A stretch of DNA of 64,000 nt from an uncultured Spirochaetota bacterium (GTDB lineage Bacteria; Spirochaetota; Spirochaetia; SZUA-6; Fen-1364). How positions within the stretch are numbered: the stretch's first letter is position 1; each line of letters begins with the position of its first letter. Below, in pieces: positions 51,297 to 61,400 of this stretch. Under the pieces are notes generated by a model. That model did no database searches. It was not told where the DNA came from and worked only from the letters and a program-made list of their open reading frames with translations. The DNA lies in NCBI GenBank assembly GCA_963820525.1, contig CAWGAA010000001.1:1824001-1888000 (forward strand), written 5' to 3'. The position numbers and the translations under genes are program-made.

Positions 51297-52274
51297 TCAC
51301 GGCAGGGTTATTCTCACCCAGTCGACGTCGCCCGCGGTGATATACCGATTCAGCTTCCCGCCAACCGTGATCGACGCCGGGTTCGTAGGAACCCCGCCGC
51401 CTCCCGCGGTCGGGTTGTCATCCGACTCATACGGAGCGTCAGACGCATTCTCTGAAGCGAAGAACCACGGCGATGCAACATTAGTTGGCGTGGTCAGCAC
51501 CCTGAGCGCGTACGGGCCCGTCGTCGTGCTCGAGTACCCTCTGATCCTCAGGTAATAAGTTCCTGGGGTAAGCGCTCCCTTGTAGTCGATCATTGCATAG
51601 TCGAACGCATTGTTATCAATGAAGTCCGACCCGTCGCTCCATGCCAGCGCTACGCTCTGGTCCTGGTTGGAGCTCCACAGGTTATAGGAGGTCGCACTGT
51701 TATCCCCCGCCGGCCCGAACAGGTCAATGTAGTCATAGAGGGTCGGCCACGTGGGGATCAGACCTGACGTCCCGGTGGGTTCATACGTTTCGATGAAGAC
51801 CTCATCGTAGATGACCTCGAGAGGCACGCTGGCCGTGTTGTTCCCCTCATTACTCTCCGCCACTACGGAGGTGGCATCAGCCTCTGCAAAGATGTAGTGC
51901 GGCCCCTGTTGATTGTCCTCGGCAGCCACCGAGAAGCTCCCCGGCACGCTGTCCGTCCAGGTCTGCCCCGCGTCGAGAGCGGGGATGTTCGACGTGGCAA
52001 GAATGAGGTCTGTGCTGTCCAGTACCGCGTCCGTGCTCAGGCGGTACCTGAGAACGCTGGCGCCCGCCAGACTGGTTCCGATATTCTCGACTACGGCTCC
52101 AATGCTCCAGGTACCAGTGCGCGCAACGGGAGCTGTAGGCGCCGTGATCGAGGTCACCGTAAGGTCGTCGGTCGCAGGGGCAGAAGAAATCCCGGGTTTC
52201 ATGCAGCCAAACAGGGCCAAGACGAGGGAAGCCGAAAACATGAAAAGAACCATCCGGTGAACATTTTTGCTCAT
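51297..52274 (-). CDS. CARDB-domain lipoprotein
   Basis: Lipobox LFGC; DL.V..I, V.N.G, V.ESNE.NN (CARDB); GTYYLRI and GDVDW (PPC-like). Confidence 0.8.
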   Translation of the reverse strand: MSKNVHRMVLFMFSASLVLALFGCMKPGISSAPATDDLTVTSITAPTAPVARTGTWSIGAVVENIGTSLAGASVLRYRLSTDAVLDSTDLILATSNIPALDAGQTWTDSVPGSFSVAAEDNQQGPHYIFAEADATSVVAESNEGNNTASVPLEVIYDEVFIETYEPTGTSGLIPTWPTLYDYIDLFGPAGDNSATSYNLWSSNQDQSVALAWSDGSDFIDNNAFDYAMIDYKGALTPGTYYLRIRGYSSTTTGPYALRVLTTPTNVASPWFFASENASDAPYESDDNPTAGGGGVPTNPASITVGGKLNRYITAGDVDWVRITLP

Positions 52275-52414
52275 AGAGCCCTCCTTAGCTTGTCCAACAT
52301 CAAATATAGCAGTCAATAGTCCAATTTTCATGCATCTTTCAGCAAATTTCTCCTGCGTGCGGGGTTGGTCGGCTCTTCTTTCCGTGGTATACTTTTAAGC
52401 AACGGGGGTGAAGG

Positions 52415-55400
52415 TTGGTCAAGAGGAAGAAAGTCATATTTCTCGTTGCGCTTCTTGGAATTTCAACGGTTTGCGCGTATGCGCAGAACACTTACACCTG
52501 GAATGGAGCATCCGGCGCAAACTGGAGTAACCCCGGCAACTGGAACGTGAGTCCCGGTCCAGGCACATACCCCGGAGCCGCTGCTGATAATGCTATCGCC
52601 ATTATCAGCAATGGCAATTCACCCAACCTCAACGTATCCCCGGGACAGACCATCTCTCAATTGAATATTTCATCTGGATCATCTCTTACAGCGGGGGCCG
52701 CGCGATTGCTCAGGGTGGCCGGAAACGTGACCACTTCCGGTGCGGGCACTTTCTCATCAAATATCACACTCGCCGTTTCAGGCAATGGCTCGGTCATCGA
52801 CTCGACCATGACTTTGGGGCCGCTTACGATAGCGGGCGCCAGTGGGGACATAATCTCCCTTGCCCAAGCGACGACACTGGCTGGAACTCTCACGATAAAT
52901 ACGGCTACCCTGGATTTGGGCACCAATGCCCTTTCCGTTGGGACCAGTTCCACCGCGGGGAATCTGGTGTTTAGTGGCGGCGGCAAGCTCGACTTCAGCG
53001 GAGCCACAGGAACCAATACGACTTATGTTACGGTCTGGGGAACGATCAGCGGCACCGGCACCATAGATGCATCCGGCTCCGGGTCGCTCAATTGCCATGG
53101 CAACGTCGATCTTACCAACATCACCTACCTGCCAGGGAGCACGAGATTGTGGATCCTCGATCCAGTCAGCCTCACTCCAGGCGCGAGCTCTTTTGCCTGC
53201 GTTCGGATCGGCAGTAACGGACTGAACTATTACGGTGCGTTGACTCTCCAGGGAGATCTCCACATCCTCGGCATAGACCCAACCGGCACTACGGGAGTTT
53301 TCTCTGCCGGCCTCCCGGGGGGCACTCCAAATAATCCAGGGCTCGGCGGCAATAGCTTCAACCTCAACGGCCACAATGTCACCATTGATGACAGCGGCAC
53401 CTATGCCTCGGATAATGTCGTGACCTTTGTGAATATCCCCGGCGCGAACCTCACCGCTCCCGCCGCCTCCACCATCACGTTCACGGGGGCCTCTACTCTC
53501 ACCAGCAATTCGGCCAACGGCTGCGTGCTTGGGTCCATCAGCATCGGCGCCGGCGGAAACCTGACCCTCGCTGATGCGCTCGCTCTCAATGGCGGTATTT
53601 CAGTCGCGGCGGGCGCCGGAACGAGCACTTTCAATATGGCCGGTTTTACGGTCACGGTGGCCGGAAATGTCAATTTGACCAACCTCGACAACTTCACCGC
53701 GCCAGGCCTCTACATCTTCGACGGCGCCACGACCCTTACCGTCCCCGCGGGAGCCGCCTACGCCTTCACCAACATCCAGATCGGCGATACGGCCGGCGCC
53801 GCCAACGGCTCACTCACACTGGCTAGCGCCATCATCGTCAACGGCACCATCACCATCGGTGGCACCACCGGTACCACCACTTTCAACGCCGCAGCATTCA
53901 CCGTCACCGTGGCGGGAAACGTCACCCTCACCGGCCTGGACTCCTTCACAACCACCGGCACCTTCATCTTCGCCGGCACCACGACCCTTACCGTCCCCGC
54001 GGGAGCCGCCTACGCCTTCACCAACATCCAGATCGGCGATACGGCCGGCGCCGCCAACGGCTCACTCACACTGGCGAGCGCCATCATCGTCAACGGCACC
54101 ATCACCATCGGTGGCACCACCGGTACCACCACTTTCAACGCCGCAGCATTCACCGTCACCGTGGCGGGAAACGTCACCCTCACCGGCCTGGACTCCTTCA
54201 CAACCACCGGCACCTTCATCTTCGCCGGCACCACGACCCTTACCGTCCCCGCGGGAGCCGCCTACGCCTTCACCAACATCCAGATCGGTGCCACCGCCGG
54301 CGCCGCCAACGGCTCACTCACACTGGCTAGCGCCATCATCGTCAACGGCACCATCACCATCGGTGGCACCACCGGTACCACCACTTTCAACGCCGCAGCA
54401 TTCACCGTCACCGTGGCGGGAAACGTCACCCTCACCGGCCTGGACTCCTTCACAACCACCGGCACCTTCATCTTCGCCGGCACCACGACCCTCACCGTCC
54501 CCGCGGGAGCCGCCTACGCCTTCACCAACATCCAGATCGGTGCCACCGCCGGCGCCGCCAACGGCTCACTCATACTGGCTAGCGCCATCATCGTCAACGG
54601 CACCATCACCATCGGTGGCACCACCGGTACCACCACTTTCAACGCCGCAGCATTCACCGTCACCGTGGCGGGAAACGTCACCCTCACCGGCCTGGACTCC
54701 TTCACAACCACCGGCACCTTCATCTTCGCCGGCACCACGACCCTTACCGTCCCCGCGGGAGCCGCCTACGCCTTCACCAACATCCAGATCGGTGCCACCG
54801 CCGGCGCCGCCAACGGCTCACTCACACTGGCAAGTGACATCATCGTCAACGGCACCATCACCATCGGTGGCACCACCGGTACCACCACTTTCAACGCCGC
54901 AGCATTCACCGTCACCGTGGCGGGAAACGTCACCCTCACCGGCCTGGACTCCTTCACAACCACCGGCACCTTCATCTTCGCCGGCACCACGACCCTTACC
55001 GTCCCCGCGGGAGCCGCCTACGCCTTCACCAACATCCAGATCGGTGCCACCGCCGGCGCCGCCAACGGCTCACTCATACTGGCTAGCGCCATCATCGTCA
55101 ACGGCACCATCACCATCGGTGGCACCACCGGTACCACCACTTTCAACGCCGCAGCATTCACCGTCACCGTGGCGGGAAACGTCACCCTCACCGGCCTGGA
55201 CTCCTTCACAACCACCGGCACCTTCATCTTCGCCGGCACCACGACCCTTACCGTCCCCGCGGGAGCCGCCTACGCCTTCACCAACATCCAGATCGGTGCC
55301 ACCGCCGGCGCCGCCAACGGCTCACTCATACTGGCAAGTGACATCATCGTCAACGGCACCATCACCATCGGTGGCACCACCGGTACCACCACTTTCAACG

Positions 55401-58400
55401 CCGCAGCATTCACCGTCACCGTGGCGGGAAACGTCACCCTCACCGGCCTGGACTCCTTCACAACCACCGGCACCTTCATCTTCGCCGGCACCACGACCCT
55501 TACCGTCCCCGCGGGAGCCGCCTACGCCTTCACCAACATCCAGATCGGTGCCACCGCCGGCGCCGCCAACGGCTCACTCATACTGGCGAGCGCCATCATC
55601 GTCAACGGCACCATCACCATCGGTGGCACCACCGGTACCACCACTTTCAACGCCGCAGCATTCACCGTCACCGTGGCGGGAAACGTCACCCTCACCGGCC
55701 TGGACTCCTTCACAACCACCGGCACCTTCATCTTCGCCGGCACCACGACCCTTACCGTCCCCGCGGGAGCCGCCTACGCCTTCACCAACATCCAGATCGG
55801 TGCCACCGCCGGCGCCGCCAACGGCTCACTCACACTGGCAAGTGACATCATCGTCAACGGCACCATCACCATCGGTGGCACCACCGGTACCACCACTTTC
55901 AACGCCGCAGCATTCACCGTCACCGTGGCGGGAAACGTCACCCTCACCGGCCTGGACTCCTTCACAACCACCGGCACCTTCATCTTCGCCGGCACCACGA
56001 CCCTTACCGTCCCCGCGGGAGCCGCCTACGCCTTCACCAACATCCAGATCGGTGCCACCGCCGGCGCCGCCAACGGCTCACTCATACTGGCTAGCGCCAT
56101 CATCGTCAACGGCACCATCACCATCGGTGGCACCACCGGTACCACCACTTTCAACGCCGCAGCATTCACCGTCACCGTGGCGGGAAACGTCACCCTCACC
56201 GGCCTGGACTCCTTCACAACCACCGGCACCTTCATCTTCGCCGGCACCACGACCCTTACCGTCCCCGCGGGAGCCGCCTACGCCTTCACCAACATCCAGA
56301 TCGGTGCCACCGCCGGCGCCGCCAACGGCTCACTCACACTGGCAAGTGACATCATCGTCAACGGCACCATCACCATCGGTGGCACCACCGGTACCACCAC
56401 TTTCAACGCCGCAGCATTCACCGTCACCGTGGCGGGAAACGTCACCCTCACCGGCCTGGACTCCTTCACAACCACCGGCACCTTCATCTTCGCCGGCACC
56501 ACGACCCTTACCGTCCCCGCGGGAGCCGCCTACGCCTTCACCAACATCCAGATCGGTGCCACCGCCGGCGCCGCCAACGGCTCACTCATACTGGCTAGCG
56601 CCATCATCGTCAACGGCACCATCACCATCGGTGGCACCACCGGTACCACCACTTTCAACGCCGCAGCATTCACCGTCACCGTGGCGGGAAACGTCACCCT
56701 CACCGGCCTGGACTCCTTCACAACCACCGGCACCTTCATCTTCGCCGGCACCACGACCCTTACCGTCCCCGCGGGAGCCGCCTACGCCTTCACCAACATC
56801 CAGATCGGTGCCACCGCCGGCGCCGCCAACGGCTCACTCACACTGGCTAGCGACATCATCGTCAACGGCACCATCACCATCGGTGGCACCACCGGTACCA
56901 CCACTTTCAACGCCGCAGCATTCACCGTCACCGTGGCGGGAAACGTCACCCTCACCGGCCTGGACTCCTTCACAACCACCGGCACCTTCATCTTCGCCGG
57001 CACCACGACCCTTACCGTCCCCGCGGGAGCCGCCTACGCCTTCACCAACATCCAGATCGGTGCCACCGCCGGCGCCGCCAACGGCTCACTCACACTGGCA
57101 AGTGACATCATCGTCAACGGCACCATCACCATCGGTGGCACCACCGGTACCACCACTTTCAACGCCGCAGCATTCACCGTCACCGTGGCGGGAAACGTCA
57201 CCCTCACCGGCCTGGACTCCTTCACAACCACCGGCACCTTCATCTTCGCCGGCACCACGACCCTTACCGTCCCCGCGGGAGCCGCCTACGCCTTCACCAA
57301 CATCCAGATCGGTGCCACCGCCGGCGCCGCCAACGGCTCACTCATACTGGCAAGTGACATCATCGTCAACGGCACCATCACCATCGGTGGCACCACCGGT
57401 ACCACCACTTTCGTCACCTCGGGCCACACCGTCACCGCGGCAAGTACCGTTAACCTCACGGGCCTCGATATACTCACCATTGACGCGACATCTTTATTCA
57501 TCTTCGCCGGCACCACAACCCTAACTGTCCCGACGGGGCTGTCGCTCGAGAACATCCAGCTCGGCGCAAGCGTCACCCCGGGCAGCGTCACTCTGGGGAG
57601 CGCGCTAAATGTTGTACTGGATATCTCCATCTCCGTTGCAGGATCCGTGCTGAACACGAACAACCTCGACATTTCGGTAGGCAGGAATTGGAGTAATTCA
57701 AACGATGCGTCGGGATTCACCGCCGGAAATGGGACCGTCGCTTTCGCCGGAACCGCAACAGCCAAGATCTCGGGAAATACGACCTTTTACAACTTCACAT
57801 GCATCCCAGGCGTCGGCGGCAAGACCATCCAGTTTACAGCCGGCACCGAGCAGACCATCACCAACAACCTCACGATTACGGGAACGGCGAACAACCTGGT
57901 CAACCTGATAAGCACATCTCTCGGCTTTGCCTGGACGATAACCAGGACGGGAACCGGGACCGTTACGCTCGACTTTATCCTTGTCAGCGACAGTAATGTG
58001 GGAGCTGCGTCGAGCGACCTCACGGCTCTGGACAGCAGAAATGACGGAAGAAACGACGACACGGTGTCTCCGCGCTGGATCTTTACGCCCAGGCTGGTGA
58101 TATGGGACGGCTCGGACAGCATGGACTGGAACACGGGAGCAAACTGGGATACCGGCTATCAGCCGAATACCACGGATAATGTCCGCATCGCCAATGCCGG
58201 CTTCCAGCCGGCGACGCTCGCGACATCGACGACGATCGTGGACCTGACCATCGACACTGGCGCGAGGGTCGCCACCAACAACTTATCCCTGACGGTGACC
58301 GGGGCCTTGAGCTGCTCGGGCACCCTTGACGGCTCGGCTTCCCCCGCCGCCATCAGCGTCACAGGGGACACCACGGCCTCAGGCAGGATCAATTTGAACG

Positions 58401-61400
58401 GCGGCAACTTCTCCACCAACAACCTCACCGTGAGCGGCGTCACCCCCAACGGCCTGGTGGCCTCCGCCTCGGAGACCATCACGGTGGGCGGCAACATCGA
58501 CTTCTCCAACGCCGGGGACAATTTCACCCAGGCCACAAGCCTCATCGTCATGACGGGGGCCTCGGACCCGGCCACCATCAACGCAACCGTAGAGGACTTC
58601 TTCAACGACCTTCAGATCAACAAGACCACGGGGGGGCAGCGGGTGCAGCTGCTCACCAACCTCTTCCTGGCCAACGGCGCCGGAGACCTGACCATGAGCC
58701 GAGGCACCCTGCAGCTCAACGGCTTCACGCTTCGGTTGGGCACCAACCTCTCCATGAGCTCGGCCACCGCCGCCACCATCGCCATCGGCACGGGCACCCT
58801 GGACGGGGCCACCAACGGCAGGTCCGTTTCCATCAGCAGCGCGGCGGCCGCCATCACCCAAACCACCGGCACCATGAGCTGCGCCGGGCTCTCCATGACA
58901 AACGGCACCTACACCTGCACAGGCAACTCCATCCTCAACTCCAGCGGAAGCGTCTCGGTGACCGGCGGCACCTTCTCCGAGGGCACCTCCACCCTCACCA
59001 TGAGCGGCGCCTCCACCACGATCCGCTTCGCCCAGAGCCCGCTTCTCCAGCCCCATGACCTGACCATCAGCGCCGCCGCCCCCGGGGTGAGCATAACCGG
59101 GGAGAACCTGACCGTGGGGAACAACTTGAGCGTTTCCTCCGGCGGGGTGTTCGCCACCAACAACTTCTCCCTGACGGTGAACGTCGGCCTGAGCTGCTCG
59201 GGCACCCTTGACGGCTCGGCTTCCCCCGCCGCCATCAGCGTCACAGGGGACACCACGGCCTCAGGCAGGATCAATTTGAACGGCGGCAACTTCTCCACCA
59301 ACAACCTCACCGTGAGCGGCGTCACCCCCAACGGCCTGGTGGCCTCCGCCTCGGAGACCATCACGGTGGGCGGCAACATCGACTTCTCCAACGCCGGGGA
59401 CAATTTCACCCAGGCCACAAGCCTCATCGTCATGACGGGGGCCTCGGACCCCGCCACCATCAACGCAACCGGAGAGGACTTCTTCAACGACCTTCAGATC
59501 AACAAGACCACGGGGGCGCAGCGGGTGCAGCTGCTCACCAACCTCTTCCTGGCCAACGGCGCCGGAGACCTGACCATGAGCCGAGGCACCCTGCAGCTCA
59601 ACGGCTTCACGCTTCGGTTGGGCACCAACCTCTCCATGAGCTCGGCCACCGCCGCCACCATCGCCATCGGCACGGGCACCCTGGACGGGGCCACCAACGG
59701 CAGGTCCGTTTCCATCAGCAGCGCGGCGGCCGCCATCACCCAAACCACCGGCACCATGAGCTGCGCCGGGCTCTCCATGACAAACGGCACCTACACCTGC
59801 ACAGGCAACTCCATCCTCAACTCCAGCGGAAGCGTCTCGGTGACCGGCGGCACCTTCTCCGAGGGCACCTCCACCCTCACCATGAGCGGCGCCTCCACCA
59901 CGATCCGCTTCGCCCAGAGCCCGCTTCTCCAGCCCCATGACCTGACCATCAGCGCCGCCGCCCCCGGGGTGAGCATAACCGGGGAGAACCTGACCGTGGG
60001 GAACAACTTGAGCGTTTCCTCCGGCGGGGTGTTCGCCACAGGCGGCTTCTCCCTGACGGTGAACGTCGGCCTGAGCTGCTCGGGCACCCTCACAGGCTCG
60101 GCCTCCCCCCAGCAGATCAGCGTCACAGGTGACACCACCGCCTCCGGCAGGATCAACTTGAACGGCGGCAACTTCTCCACCACCAACCTCACCGTGAGCG
60201 GCGTCCCCGGCCTGGTGGCCTCCGCCTCGGAGACCATCACGGTGGGCGGCAACATCGACTTCTCCAACGCCGGAGACAACTTCACCCAGGCTACAAGCCT
60301 CATCGTCATGACGGGGGCCTCGGACCCCGCCACCATCAACGCAACCGTAGAGGACTTCTTCAACGACCTTCAGATCAACAAGACCACGGGGGGGCAGCGG
60401 GTGCAGCTGCTCACCAACCTCTTCCTGGCCAACGGCGCCGGAGACCTGACCATGAGCCGAGGCACCCTGCAGCTCAACGGCTTCACGCTTCGGTTGGGCA
60501 CCAACCTCTCCATGAGCTCGGCCACCGCCGCCACCATCGCCATCGGCACGGGCACCCTGGACGGGGCCACCAACGGTAGGACCGTTTCCATCAGCAGCGC
60601 GGCGGCCGCCATCACCCAAACCACCGGCACCATGAGCTGCGCCGGGCTCTCCATGACAAACGGCACCTACACCTGCACAGGCAACTCCATCCTCAACTCC
60701 AGCGGAAGCGTCTCGGTGACCGGCGGCACCTTCTCCGAGGGCACCTCCACCCTCACCATGAGCGGCGCCTCCACCACGATCCGCTTCGCCCAGAGCCCGC
60801 TTCTCCAGCCCCATGACCTGACCATCAGCGCCGCCGCCCCCGGGGTGAGCATAACCGGGGAGAACCTGACCGTGGGGAACAACTTGAGCGTTTCCTCCGG
60901 CGGGGTGTTCGCCACCAACAACTTCTCCCTGACGGTGACCGGGGCCTTGAGCTGCTCGGGCACCCTCACAGGCTCGGCCTCCCCCCAGCAGATCAGCGTC
61001 ACAGGTGACACCACCGCCTCCGGCAGGATCAACTTGAACGGCGGCAACTTCTCCACCACCAACCTCACCGTGAGCGGCGTCCCCGGCCTGGTGGCCTCCG
61101 CCTCGGAGACCATCACGGTGGGCGGCAACATCGACTTCTCCAACGCCGGAGACAACTTCACCCAGGCTACAAGCCTCATCGTCATGACGGGGGCCTCGGA
61201 CCCCGCCACCATCAACGCAACCGTAGAGGACTTCTTCAACGACCTTCAGATCAACAAGACCACGGGGGGGCAGCGGGTGCAGCTGCTCACCAACCTCTTC
61301 CTGGCCAACGGCGCCGGAGACCTGACCATGAGCCGAGGCACCCTGCAGCTCAACGGCTTCACGCTTCGGTTGGGCACCAACCTCTCCATGAGCTCGGCCA

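Noticed and set aside
53728..57411. CRISPR array or DGR template/variable repeats
   Set aside because: No unique spacers, the unit is 252 bp and in frame, variation is not adenine-specific, and no cas or reverse transcriptase gene is in the window.
53859..57524. 1221-aa Pro/Ser-rich ORF
   Set aside because: Alternate frame of the giant gene's ACC/GCC-rich repeat; the true frame has a signal peptide and extends on both sides.
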